Source: Bugula neritina
Lineage: Eukaryota > Animalia > Bryozoa
Length of the DNA stretch: 64,000 nucleotides
NCBI GenBank assembly: GCA_964035545.1
Contig: OZ037770.1
Coordinates: forward strand, 4,868,662 to 4,932,661
Direction: 5' to 3'
Below the pieces are notes generated by a model. That model saw only the letters and a list, made by a program, of their open reading frames with translations, searched no databases and was not told the DNA's origin. Numbering within the stretch: the first letter of the stretch is position 1; the number at the start of each line of letters is the position of its first letter. This document shows, piece by piece, positions 38,101-52,900 of the stretch. The translations under genes and the position numbers were made by a program.

Positions 38101-39114
38101 GAAAATAAGTTTTCAACCTTGCATGCACTCAGCTGGTTTTCAATGTTTGGATCAGTGACATCTTTATAACTGATAGCAGCATTATGTGATAGCTTTAGGA
38201 ATTGTTACCTTAAATCTAAATTATATAGAACAAGAAGTGCAAAAATATGGCATTAGTACTCATTGCACAATACACACTTGCTAGAGTAGCTAATCTAGCA
38301 TCACATTAATTTAAGAAAGACAAAATTTTATTACTGTTCACAAATGATGAATATTAAAATTTGAATAATTAGACAAATTAACAATGATATTGATGTTACT
38401 TCAAACATTACTAATGGTAAACACCAAAATACTAATAGGAATAGTCATGTTAACATCAATTAGAAAAGTAAAGATAATTTGAAAATGAGACAGTTTATAG
38501 GTCTAACTCTTATAGTTGACAAGCAATTACAGGGCAGTCATATTGATGAAGGCTACCCTCAAAATGTAGCACTTTAAAAATTTTAAAAAGACAGCACATA
38601 TAAGAACATAATCTTAAAAATAGGCATATGTGACACCTATATTTTGATTAACAAAGAAATCTTCTTTACTTTATTAATCTAGCTCATATAATGGTATTCT
38701 GTCTTAGTATGTTATTTTAATACTTGAAATCTAATCAGCTACAGAAAAGTACTTCAATTCAAAGGCCTTCATAATTATTCTTTAGTTTGCTATTTAAATA
38801 GACAGTAAGGTTGATGAATAAAATAAAAGTTAGTAAAGTAAAAACTAAATAAATTGAGAATAATATCTCCACTCTAAGGTTATAATCCTTATAAATTAAC
38901 ATTTTAATACTCCTGTTATCCTTAGGTATAGTTGTTAGCAATTTAACTATGAGCTCAAAGCCAAATGTCAGTATCAGCATCCCCATTACATTGACTAAGA
39001 CTGACTTTATAACCCTCAAGCAGTGGCACTCAATTTCTATAAGTAGTAACTAATAACAAATATAAAATTATTTATTTGCTACTGATAGTGATAATAATAA
39101 TAATTAAAAATAAT

Positions 39115-42080
39115 AATATGATCCATTAAAATAGAACTAATAAAGCCAACGACGTTGATGGTATGCTTAACTAAACATGGCATGTCTCGTCTGGCAGTGG
39201 GTATGTGAAGGGCCAGGCAACCTACGGTCTTCAACCCGTTACTGGCACAACTAGAAGAAGATACTCAAGAGAAGACAACAAAGTTGTCATGGAATGCTGC
39301 TTCAAAAGTACACCCAAATTGAGAGGTTATAGAAAAACAATGTATGAGCTCTGTAGACCCGGATCAAAGAATTATTTAAAAAGAATGTGCAAACGCTGGA
39401 AAACAGAGGAGAGTTTAACATCAGCGAATAGAGACTAGCGGATTAAGCAAGAACTATGAAGAAACACAAGCATTTTATGGAAGAAGAACTCCATAAGATT
39501 GAAGAAGGAACCTTGCAAGAACTAGGCACATCAATTGGTGAAGAAGATAATGAAGAGCTAAATTTGCAAATAGAGGATGTTATAGCACAACATGAGATAG
39601 CATATAAATCAGCCATGAGAATTTTAAGAGTACCTAGTTCAGAGGTAGAAAAAGTGTTAGTAGAAAAATTATAAATGAGCATAACAAACTATCTAATGAT
39701 CGACCAACACTAAGAGCCCTTAGGCACATTGAGAGGGTCAAATTACTACAGGCAGTAAAACAGATTAATGATGTGCTAAACTGTGTTGAGATTATTAATA
39801 CCATTGAGCTTAATAACACCACCATGGCTTGTGCGAAAAATAGTAACAGAACAAGTGTGTAACAAAAAGGAAAAAGAAAAACTGACAATGTACAAGTATG
39901 GAAAATACGACTGCAGAAGAAATAAAAAGAAATTAGATCAGACTTAAGTAAAATAGCAGAGTGAAAAAGTAGAGCTTACAATGATTCATTGAGAAGAATG
40001 GTTGAAGAAAAATATAGGATAAAGAACAAAGAGTGTGGTGTAGTGATTGAAAAACTGAAGCAAAACCTGAGAGCTGTAAGCCAGAAGATAAACAGATATA
40101 CAGAATGAGTTGATCAATATAATCAGAACACAATGTTTACAATGATAAGCGCTTTTATCAAGAATTACGAGGAAATGAATACGTACATCTAAAGAGGCAC
40201 CTGACAAGGAAATCAAAAGCATTCTGATAAAATGTATGGGGTCAGCCAACTAAAAATAATACCAATGCAGAATGACTAAATAAAGTTAGCAACAAATTGG
40301 AGCATATGTAAAGACAAGGAAATTAGATCTTAGAAACGATGCAAACAACTGGAATAGCAATTAATGTCATAAGGTTGATAAGAAAAAGCATGAAACCTGG
40401 AAAACACAACTGAAATACCTGGAAGAAAAGATAGGAGAAATAAAGATCAAACTAAGAATTTTCCAAGGAGACTCTTTATCTCTATCCCTTTTCTCCAACT
40501 ACCGATTCGCATGACAAAAGCGGCTCAATGATGCAAATTTCGACGAGACAGAAAACAAACCATCTCCTATATGTGGATGACCTGAAGGTAAATAGGAAAT
40601 CAAAGTGGGAACTGGAAGCTTTGGTAAACACTGCCGGGATCTTCACAAGGAATATAGAAATGAAATTTGGATTAAAAAATGTGCCACACTGGTTATGAGA
40701 AAGGGAAAGAAAATTAAGGACACAGGAATCAGTTTGCCTGATGAACAGGTAATCAAAGATCTGGGTGAGAAGCCGTATAAATATCTAGGAGTTCTTGAGA
40801 TTGATGGAATACAAATATATGAAATGAAAAATAAGATCAAGGAGTACTACAAACAAATAAGAAAAGTTCTGGATTCAAAACTGAATGGTGAGAACACAAT
40901 CAAAGCAATAAACACATGGGCAGTAACAGCAGTGCATTACACAGCTAGAATACTTGACTGAACTGTTTCATGAGCTAAAAAATATAGACTGAAAGACAAG
41001 GAAGCTAATGACAACAAACCGTGCACCCTATCCGAGAGCAGATGTAGGCAGGCTGTATTTTAGCAGAAGGGAAGGCGGTAGAAGAATGTTGTCAACTGAA
41101 AAATGCATAAAGATTGAAAACTGCAGCATGTCAGACTATATAAATATAACATAGACTGATAGAAACACCACACTGAATACCTTCCTAAAAGACAGAACAG
41201 CAGTAGAACTAAATAATGATAAAGTGATAGAAAGAACTGATGAGTGTAAAGAAAAGCTTCACGTGGTCAATACATCAAAATGGTGGAAGACATGAAAGCA
41301 TTTTCCTGGAACTGGTTGAAGTATGGTTGGCTGAAAAAGAAAACAGAAGGACTGCTGACAGCTGCGCAAAATCAACTATTCACTACTAGAAATTATAAAG
41401 TGGCTATGATGAGAGAACAGGGTAGCAAGAAGTGTGGAATGTGTAACGCAAGAGACAAAACTTCGATGCACGTATTGAGTGAGTTTGAGAAGGTAGCAGA
41501 AGGAGAATATAAGAAAAAACACAACCTTTTGGCATTGATAATTTCAATAGTAGTTGTGTGAAATTCGTGGGTTTCAGAAAAGTAAGAATTGGTACGGCCA
41601 TCAAGCAGAATAAGTACTGGAAAATGATAATGTGAAAACCTTGTAAGATTTTAACATACACACTGACGTAGTCATCAAAGTTAGGAGACCCGATATATTA
41701 GTAGTTGACAAGCATAATGCTGAAACAACGATAATTGATATCACAGTCCCTGTTAACTACAGAGTAAAAGAAGAAAATTCGAAAAGTTAGGAAAATATCA
41801 GAATTTAGCACTAGAATAAACCCGCCTTTGGAAAACATCAAAAAAGTCATCCCGTTGTAACTGGAGCCTTTGGAGCTTTATACAAGATTGTAGACTGGCT
41901 GACACTACTTGGAGTAGCTGAAAACAAATGCTCATTAATTCAGCAGACACCCTAACTAGGATCAGGATAAGCTCACATCCTGAGGAAAGTTCTAGCCATC
42001 TCAGCCTAGTATAACTAGGCCAATGGTAAAAGGTTACACCAGCTAAAAAACTACGGTCAATCAACAATAATAATAATAAT
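39115..42080 (+). mobile_element. Degenerate R4/Dong-like non-LTR retrotransposon, copy 2
   Basis: Near-identical to 13500-16465, with the same broken ORF pattern and (AAT)n tail. Confidence 0.85.
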
Positions 42081-42389
42081 AGTGCAGTTGGTTCTATTAT
42101 TAGATTAGCATATCGATTATGACTTTTCGATTGCCACCCTGATACTATGAGTAAAATGTACAAGCATACGTGAAAGTATAGATATGATCATAAGTATAAA
42201 AATAGGTATAAGTATAAATATAAATATAGGTACAAGTATAAAACGAATGATTATATTATTAATAATATTAGTCAGTGATACCTATAACCGTAATGGTTTT
42301 TAGACTTACAGTTATCATTAACATTAGCTGAGTAATATGATTAGTTAAAATAATGGTATTCATTATTATATCATAGTTATAAGTTATAA

Positions 42390-42732
42390 GCCTAGGGCCA
42401 CACGGCGCGTATTTTCGCATGCGAAAATTGAAATCACAAGTAGCAAAGGTGTCCACTGTGCGCGTTGAGAAAACCTTCGCACTCGTCGCTCTGCATTTTC
42501 AACGCAAGTGCGAATCGTCTCTGTCGTCATCACCTAATTGGCTGGTAGCTATTCAGCGAGCCCAATTTCTTTATTTAGTGCTAAATTCCAGTAAATTGCG
42601 TTTTATTAAAAGCGAGTGCGATTTAAAAATGAAAGCTTTATTTATCACGCATCACTGACGCTACAGTGGACACCTTTGCTACCCGTGATTTTAATTTTCG
42701 CATGCGAAAATACGCACAGTGTGGCCCTAGGC
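42390..42732. mobile_element. PIF/Harbinger (Tourist-like) MITE, 343 bp, private to copy 2
   Basis: About 70-bp TIRs starting GCCTAGGGCCACAC; TAA duplicated at 42387-42389 and 42733-42735; empty site visible in copy 1 at about 16771. Confidence 0.93.
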
Positions 42733-45700
42733 TAACTCTAGTCTCTAAAGAGCAACAGCAATAGTAATTGGGATATTCATATTAAATTTCATATTCACAT
42801 AGTGAAATGTTTATGTTATGAACTAATTTATTCCTTCAACATTTACCTATAAATATGATTAACACTAACTTTGACCAGCAGTATTACTAAAAGAAGCGTA
42901 TTACAAATATAAGATAATAAAATTCTAGTAGTAGGACTAATAGTATTACTAGGTCCAGTATTATTCTTGTTATCTTATTCATCATTCATGAGTTATCAAA
43001 TTTAAAATTACTACTTATTAGCATCAGCATATAAAAAGTAAGATCATTAGGAATAATTATCATGAGGTATGATCTATGATTTGCATTATCCATATATAGT
43101 TTAATATCAATATGATATATTATTATTGCTGATAGTCTATGTTATAGTTGAATTTATACTTATCTTTACAGTTACCTATAGTAGCACTTATTAGTTATTT
43201 GTGGTAGCCAAACTAATGTTTAATATTAATAAATTAAACTGAGTATCATAAAAGTGTTACTAAGAATTTTAATTATAATCGTAATGGTGATCATATTACT
43301 TTATTATAATTATTATATTTTATCATTAATGCTAAACTGAGTTAATGTATATACTTTGAGTTTTACTATTACTCATTATATTTACACTTATAGTAAAACT
43401 AAATATGTAAAAGTTATACTTATACTATTATTATTCGTATTTCATTAGACTTACATCTAAGATCGCAGTCCTATTACTACTACCACTGATACTAGTACTA
43501 CAACTAGTACTGCTACTAGTACTAGTACTACTACTACTACTACTAATGGTACTGTTACTACTACTACTACTACTAGTACTACTACTAGGTCTACTACTGT
43601 ACTAGTACAACTACAAACTTTGAAAATAACTGCAAGAAAGGTATGACTTACTCTTTTTCTTAGTCTTACTGTGACTCTCAGTCGTAATGTAAATAAAATT
43701 GTGAACTGTAAAGTTAAACCCAAGGCTGAAATTTATTTAATTAAATTTAGACAATCTGAATCATTGGCTCAATCCTTGAGTTTGACTATTACTATTATTA
43801 TTAGTGTTACGATTGTGATTATCATTGGCATTATGATTATGATTATCATTATGATTGTAATTGTGGTAATTCTAACATTAATTATAATCATAAATTAAAA
43901 GGTAATGATTAATGATAATTATTTTCATTTTGTAATCATAATGATAATCATAATGATGTAAATTTTGATGTAAAACCAAAATACTAAAACTAAAAGTAAA
44001 AGTTATAAAATTAAATGATAAAATATTATAATGATAATTATTATATTTATTATATTATTATTGAATATATTATTTCATTAGAAAATAGGTTGCAGCTTAG
44101 CATGATTAAAATTCAGTAAAAATTAGTTTACCAACAGCAAACATGCATGCGTCTTGTCAACATTCAGTTCGTAGTGTCATAGCGAAGCCAGATTACGACT
44201 ACTGGTAGTACGACTACTAGAACTACTACTACTAGTGATGGATTAGAGATCCTTGGCGATTTTAGCTGTGAGTGACCTTCACCTCACATTCTCGTCATGT
44301 GCGCGGCATTAGACTAAGTAGAGGGTATGAAGCACTGAGCTGGAAAAGAAAGAATATATTTTAATTATAGGTAATACTAATAGTAATATAATTTATGGTA
44401 ATATATAGGTAATATTATTGAGTTCATTGGTATGGAGTATAGACCTATCACTGATAGTATCAGTATCAACTACCACTTACGTACTACTTCAACTTATAAC
44501 TTACCTTCAACTCAAACTGAAACTGCTTGGAATCATTTGTCTTTGATCATATTGGCATTGTCATTGTGATTGTAATAACTATTAATATCTTTAGTTCAAC
44601 ATCAATGCCGAACATATTGTAATAACTAATAAGATAATCATAAGGTTGATATATTTTGCTAATACTAATAGTAATACTAATACTAATAGTTATAGTTATA
44701 GTAATTCAGTGTGAGTGAGTGTCACTTTCACTCTGGTGGAGTGAGACTCAGACTTAGAGTTAGAGACAGAGTGAGTCCGAGTAAGTCTGAGTGTTGGTAA
44801 TAGTAATGGTCATATAAATTTAAATTATATTTACTTATTTCTAGCAATCACAATGGCAATAGTTATACTTATAGTAACTTTCACTTACTCTTAAATCATT
44901 GAACCTGAACTAAAAGTAAAATTAAGCATTATGATTATCATTATGATTATACCTATGATTTTATTATGTTTAAATTAAAAATCAATATCATGATAATATC
45001 ATAGTGATAGACATATTATTGATAAATGATAATATAAAAGTAATTTGATAAATTATACATTGATTTTGAATTAAGGTGATACTGATACTAGACCGGTACT
45101 GAAAGTGATAGTAATACTAATAGTAATAGTAATAGTCATATAAATTTAAGTTATATTTACTCATTACCGGCAATCACAATTGCAATAGTAACTTAAACTG
45201 TAACAGTAATGGTATGGGTATATTTGAAATTGTCACTATCAGTATTGCTATGAATCAAAATATAATGCTATCATACCAATAATTTAAAATAATATTACAA
45301 AGCTTCAGTAGCAACTTTTACTTGTACCAGTTTGGAATTTTGAATTATACATATTCTTAGTTAAAGTCTTCAAGTTTATTGTCAAAATGAACTTGAAATT
45401 AAAGACTTAGTAGTAAAAATTAAACTAAGACTGACTGTAAGTGACTAAGATTAAAAATAAGTAATTTTAAATATCGATTTAGTATTTTTCTTACTCTTTG
45501 TCTTAAAATTGACTTTTATTTTGCACCTACTCCTGGTCAATGATTCTTTTTTCTATTTATATTACTATTGCTATTAGTATAATTGACTTAAATTTAATAA
45601 TAGATATGATTATATCTTTATAAATGTGATATTTGATTTTATGAATAGTAATTCGAAAACTCTTTGGTATTATTTATTTTTGATCATTGTAGTTATTATC

Positions 45701-48700
45701 ATTATATTTGTATAATAATTATGATTATCAAATTCAATATCGATATTTGTATTATGGTATGGATATCTGCCTACATCCCATGTTCTGTTTTGCAGTGCCT
45801 TTTTACATTCACGTCTAGGTTCACATTGCGATGGTCATACTGATAGCACTTGGGGACAGTGATGAGCATAATGATTATCACTAATATTAGGATTATCGTT
45901 ATTAGGATTTAGAATAATTTAATAAACAAGCAACTTAAAACAAATGTTTTTACTAATATACATATTAATTACTAATATAAATATACTACTATGAATATTA
46001 TAATTATTATACTTTACAATTCAAAGTAAGATAATCATAATACGAACTGGTAAAACTAAATATAAAGTAAATGTAATAATACTAATAGTAGTTATCCATT
46101 CCCCTTTGGTTTCACATACTAATAATTGGAAACCTCTGTCCTAATATTATTTCTATTAATATTGCTAAAAGTTTGATCCCTATTTAATTTTATAGTTCAC
46201 TCACCAGCTACATAATTTTATTAAAATCCATCTGGTATTGGTTATAGTACTAGTGAAACTTGAAGTTGAATAGCATGCTTATTACTCACTGCTCTTTGCT
46301 TACATTATTAGGGTTACTCTTTAGTCTCAGAGATACCCTAACATAAACTTGAAAGCTGGAGGTAGTACTAGTCTAGTGCTGTGTTAATCCTACACTGTTG
46401 ACTTATCAACACTGTGACTATAATTATGACTCCTAAGTCAAAGTCATTTTCATATAGTAGTAATCACTATGACAGACTGAAAGTCAGGAAGACTGAATAT
46501 AATGGTAAAGTGTGTAAGAATAAATCATACTTAATCAATTACTTTTAGTTTTGTTACCAGTGTTGGGTCAACTTTCAGAATAAAGAATAAATATAATTAT
46601 AAAGATAAATGGATAAAAATTCCAATCATGGTTTAATGTGCCTATTTTAAGCTGTTAATTTAATTACTATAATATAAGTGCTCAAAATACAACTTTTGAT
46701 TTTCATAATTATGTTTTAATTTAATACAGATACCATAGTATCATATACAGTAGAATCAGTTGTATCTTATTTAATAATGAAGTAACTTATTGGAGCTTTC
46801 ACAGTTATTAATTATTTACTTGTTAGTCTTTGAACTGGGACAATGTTTGAAACTTGAAGTAGAATGAAGTTTGATTTCAGTTACCGCAATGGTATCTGCA
46901 GTCACAATAGGAATGCGCATATAACTATGTTTATATTTGTGAAAAATATATAGTCAAAACTAGATAAGGTAATAGTAATTATAATTGGTTTCACTTTTAA
47001 TATATTCCTATAAACTGGAAAATAGACAGAAGCATTTAATCATGAAAGTAAACCTAGTGGAAGTAAATCAATTCACTAAGTATAGTAAAATATTTACTAT
47101 TCAGTAAGTTTATTTACTTTAGTTAATTGTACTTGATTATTTCTGTCGGTTTTTCAGTTGATTTTTCTACCTTTTGCTATAGCATATCAAACTACCACAA
47201 AGTCATGCTTCCGTATTACAATTATAAACATAGTGTTACTGTGTAATGTTATAGTAATGTAATAGTAATATTTGAATCATTGTAGGTATTTCTGTTGTTG
47301 TACTGATTGATAAATATTTTTTAGCTTGCATGGATATTTGCAACGATCAAGATGTCATTTGAACCTGGACTGGAATAAAGATGGCAAATCGAGAAGCTAG
47401 CTACAATTATTCTGCAGAAAGAAACTTGGTAAGCAAAAATAAGCTGCAGCAGTAAGCAATATGACGATGAACTTTGCTTGATTTTGATTGACCTTAAAAT
47501 ATCTGGTCACCTTTCACCAACGTGGTCCTGCGCGGGTGGCGGGTGACCTTAAAATGTCTGTTGCACGTAAAATAAATTTTGTGACAGTCAAAAGTATGCT
47601 GATCTTTTTCGTATTTCAGTGCATCGGTGTCTTAGCTTAAGAGCTGAACCCAACAATTATGATCTAAAGCTGTTTTTTACTAGAAAGTGATTTTACTGTC
47701 TTTCTGATTATTCTTGGTTTTTCAGCTTGATGAATTGAATAAATGGATTTGATTTCGGGTATTATGTAATGGATGAAAGAAATTTTTCTTAAATTTGTAC
47801 TGAGCAATTTTTGCTATTGCTATGATGTTTAGTGATAAAATTGCACCCTTAATAACCCTGAAAACTTTCATTACTAGCATTTGTTTATGTTCATTTTTAG
47901 GAAATTAAAATGAAGACACAACTCACCGATGCTATCTCACTGTGCCTGCATGCAGTTTATCTAAAAAGGTACTCCTATTAGCTGGCTCTTGCCCAATACC
48001 TGGTTGTCTCTGTAACTATTTTTTGCTCGCAGATGAGTTTTTTGAACTTGACATTTTATTGATTTTGAAAGTTATAGTGAGCTTTGAACTTGCTAGCATC
48101 GTTTTTAAAGACTTGCTGCAGTTTTTATCAACATTTTTTAAGTCAATGGTGTTAGTTTGGAAGCTCTCTCACTCCTCTCTCTGTCTCTTTCTCCCACACC
48201 TTCCACTCAACCTCTCTCTCTTTCTCCCCCTCTCTCCCACCCTCCCTCTCTCCCACCCTCCCTCTCTCCCACCCTCTGTCTCTCCCACCTTCTCCCTCTC
48301 TCTCCCACTCTCCATCTCTCCCACCTTCTCTCTCTCCTAACCTTTCTCTCTTCCCTTTTCCACTGTCTCTCTGACTCTCTCCCTTTCTCTCTTCTACCCC
48401 ATCTCTCTTCCATCCTCTCTCCTAACCTTTCTCTCCCACCCCCCTCTCCTACCCTCTTTCTCTCTCTAGTTTGCATGGCTTTACCCAATTTTGGTTTATT
48501 TTTTCATTTTGTTTCAGAGTATCCAAAAGGAAAGCTAAAATTTATTTAATATATATTATATCAACTTGAGCTTTACATATAATATCAAATAAATGCTGTG
48601 TTTTGTTAAAACAATGTTTGCAACTTTGTAGTATATTCAAATTCATAATTTATTTGTAGAGTCACACAACAAGACACTACTCTGACACACTCGCAAGTTG

Positions 48701-51700
48701 CCACTGATCCAGCAGTATAGATGATTGTTTTCTCCACTGGCTATGCTGTCACGCTTTACTGTTGTGGTGTTTGAAACAAACCAATTGTTTGCCTACGCAG
48801 ATTAGGGTGAGAAAAAAAGTGAGAAATGAAAGCTGTTTTTAATACCAACTACACTTAGTTTTTATTGAATGAAAAACAAAGTGAAATCATTAGTTATCCG
48901 TTAAATGACTATATCACTGTTTATAAAGATGAAACACAAATAATCTTATAATATGCTAATGAAATTTGGCTTTCAAATAGCTTTTTTCTGTATATTTGTT
49001 GAGGAAGTTTATCTTCAACAAAACTTCGTAGCTGTTGCATAAATTTATAGAGTAAAAGGTTTTCATCAAACTTTTACAACTTAGCTCATCTACGGTTTAA
49101 AAGTGTGAGTCACCCTTCACACTAGAGTTTTATAAAGTTTTTATGAATGTGCAGTATTTTATAAAATATTGTGTGTCTCGTAAATTTAGCTATTTCTACC
49201 TTTTCAGTGAGATTGGAGTAAACACACCTCAAAATTCACATCTGGTATCACATTGATTTATCGCAAGTCAAAGTACACCTACTAACTCTTCCTTCCTTAA
49301 TACCTGCTTGCTTTTGCACTTCTACTCATTTCATATACCTAACATTTCTCTTGCAGATGAATTACATCTTTTAAGTTGTAAAAGCCTTAAATAGCATGAA
49401 ATTAATGAGGTTTAAACCGTGGCCACACTAACTATTGATGCGTTTATTGATGGGTTAAATTACACGAAAATATTGTCTCTTTCTTTTTAGTTTCACCTAA
49501 AGTATTACATACTATTGATGGAGGCTTTGCTGAAGTTTTTGGGTGATGATTTGTCAATAATTTTCCAGAGAAGATGATGCCACGGTGGCTGGCATCATTA
49601 TGCAGTTTCCAAATATCTTTCGGCTTTGCTCTAGTGAAAATTTTGGAAAACAATCAACAAAAAGGTTTGTACCATAAACGAAGTTATTGTGTGCGTGTTG
49701 CCAAAGCATAAAGTGTGCTGGAAATTTTTAGGTTTCTGTTGAGATGCGTTTTTGCTTTTCCTGCATGAAAAAAGTTCCAGTTTCAGTTAATATCACTAGC
49801 AGAGTGCCCACCTATATTTTAAATCATATTGATGCATAAGTTCTTTTTGTAATATTAAAAGTATAACTTGCTTAATTGCTATTCAATGCCCTTTGAAGTT
49901 TCCAACTGTAATTAATTAGTTGATTTGGCAGCATAGTATCGATGATTGATGAAGGCAGCCGATATAATTATAAGCATAAATATCTATATCTACATGAAGA
50001 TGTCATTCCCAATGATTGTTATTCTGAAATCAGCTGATTAAGTTATCACAAACTAAACATTTTGACCAGCGGCTTGCAATGCAACTCGGTGAAATTTTAG
50101 ACCTAGATGAATTGAATTTCTTACTGAAAATCGTGAAGGTATTAAAGTTTAAAGTGAAAGTTTAAAGGGTCATCTCTCTGCGAATTCTAATAGCATGGTG
50201 CCAATTAGACTTGAAAAAATTTCAAGGCACTATAAAGCACTAAGCCCATTCTTACAAGTAGTTTCAAAGTGCACTGGAATTTCAGTTTACTTGTCATTGT
50301 ATAGAATCCTGATCTACACTATATAGCCTTCACTATTGCCTGCTTCTTCTAAGCATCTATAATGTATTAACTACAGTTTGCTTTGAGAAGTGAATTTCTA
50401 CTTGGTATTTTTTCCTTATCGTTCTGTTGTTTGCCAGTAGTCTTAATTTAATGGATTTTCCCTTTTCAAAAATGGTTGTGAGAATCAAAACGCATCATGC
50501 AGCCTGCAACTACACAATGAGTCAGTAATTTCTTCCATTAAAGTAGCTCTTCTGGTTACCCTTGCTCACCTAAAAGCCTGAGCCTCATTCAAATTGCAAG
50601 TTTTTAGAGTTGTTAATTTTTCATGCAATCTTTCATTTTTTTTTGTTAGGCACAAAATTAGTATTCACTAGACCTAATCTTTCATCTGCATGTATGCCTA
50701 TTGTTTGTTCATTAAAGAAAAACCTCTGCTGAATATTGAACTAATAATGAAAACGAATTCCCTAAACTAAAAGTAGCAGTGTGATTTTGGTATTACAATC
50801 AGTTGTTAGCATAGAGTCAAGTTATTGACAGGAATTTTCAAATTGAAATGAATGAATTTCATTGTAAGTCAGCAAGATTTAGTCTAAGTAAACATAGCAT
50901 TACATCATGTTCTTATTTAACATTGGTAGAAGGCAACATTCATTTTAAGGACTGTTGTAAACTTAAATGTAATTTTAGGTACTTTCCATGTTTGTTATTG
51001 TAGATGGTCTTGTTCTTTGGAATGGATGTGACAACTCCTTGTGTCAAACTTAACTGATTGACTACTGAATCCCAATCATGTTTTGCCAAAAAATGTGAAA
51101 ATGGAGTGCATGTCTACTTTATTTGAGAAAATATTAAAAATACTTTTGAAACTTCATCTAGCCAAACAATACAACAGTTTTATTTTATTAAAAAACATCA
51201 TTTGCCCAAAATGTATTATGTAATCGAACAATTTCTAGAAAAAAAGTGCTTTCCTCCAGTTTTGCTAATGAATTACATATTTCATTACATGCTTGTCTTT
51301 ATAATTTTAATAATTGTTTTTTCTGGTGAGTCAATTAAAGTCAATTCAACCTAGAAAAGTCTGAATTTCAGACTTAATTTCAAGCGAGAATATTCACATT
51401 TTTAGGTCTGCGTTTGCAAACATTGTTGTGTTACTTTACTTTTTATATTTTTTGAAATAAATATCTTTTTAGCTTGTGCCTATTCATGATTAGAATAGTA
51501 TACTAATATTTAACTTTTCTTCAATTTTAATAGATGAAAATGTTGATCAGTTGGAGTATTCAGTTTAGCTGAATTTTACTTGCTTCTGCGAAAACAATCT
51601 TTTGGAGTTGTCTACCCTCTCTTTAGGTATTTTTTTGACCTATGGTCAACGCAATAATTATAACTTTTTAAAGATGCTTGTGAACCTAACAATATAGCAC

Positions 51701-52399
51701 AACTATCAAACCACATTATTTATTCAATATCTGCATAAAATTTAGCCAATAATCTGCCACCCAATGAGCTTGAAAAGATATTAGAATTCTAGCTTAGTGC
51801 TGCCATCAATGTAGATATTTATAATGATATAAAGCCAAAACTCATTATTTATAATGATATAAAGCCAAAACTCATTATTGCATGAAATTATCTAACCATT
51901 CCTGACGAAGAATCGAGATAATAACTCCAAAGTTGGTCAGTTGAAACCACAGCAATAATACTTTAATCCTTATAATTATCAGGTTTAATTTTATACCAAG
52001 CCCCAATAAGTACATATCACTATGACAACACAGCCTAAGCACCTCCAATGCAAGAAATTTAGTATTGTGGTGCTACACATCCTCCAGTTACAAATGAGTA
52101 GAGCTTTCATGATTATTGGTCTACCATAATGTTTATTTAGCTGTAGGGACTAGCATAAATGCTATTATATGTGGGAGGTATTTGAAAAACTTCCAACTCC
52201 ATCTTCAACTACGGGCTATTATAATTATGCCGATAAACGAGATACTACACTCAGACTGCCCTGTTATAGTACTATGATTGGCTACTGCAAAATTTTTGCC
52301 GATAGACAACATTTATTTATGATGTAATGTATCTCGTATTGGCACATAAGTGTTATGTCTGAAGACGAGATACTGTGAAATTATGCCCTGATTCGTTTA

Positions 52400-52900
52400 G
52401 GTGACAGGGTTTGTTCATTTCCAACTCAATCGATGATTTCTTTTAATTTTTAACCCCCATGCTTAAATGTTTTGGTCATGCTCCCTTTCTCTCCAGTTTC
52501 ACACTGATGTAGCTGATCCCTTCTTGTTTTATTGTTCTCTGCTACATAGGTGCCCACACCATTTCAGCCTTCTTTTCCCCACATGGTTAATGCTTTTACT
52601 GCTGCCCTGTCTCAGATCTCCTCATTCCTTTTGTCCATAGATTTATCGCAACTCATCTTCATTGATCCTCTAGGTACTAGGAACTAGGTGCTGTCAGCGG
52701 CCACAATTTACTGCCATAAAATATTGCCAGTCAGATGCACATTTTCATATCAGCATTTTCAATTTTGTTGGAGCCTTCTTGCATTGCAACAAGCAAGCAA
52801 AATCTCTCAACTTACCTTATGCTTTTCTCTACCTCTGGTTCGGGTACCCCATTGTTATGTGTCACTTTAATGAAGCCCTCACCTCAACTTATTTACTTTG
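52400..52900 (-). mobile_element. Degenerate 3' fragment of an RTE-like LINE
   Basis: Minus-strand remnants CI*LAIFYGSKLWPLT, RNEEI*DRAAVK and RRLKWCGHLCSRE are typical of the RTE C-terminal region. Confidence 0.7.

Larger units (their letters stand above)
35252..52390. mobile_element. Giant TIR element, copy 2 (17.1 kb, left-truncated), same orientation as copy 1
   Basis: Colinear with 9636-26463 from TCCCAGGTTTATTTT to GAAATTATGCCCTG. The right end coincides with the TIR; left 3.66 kb and matching TSD absent. Confidence 0.88.
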
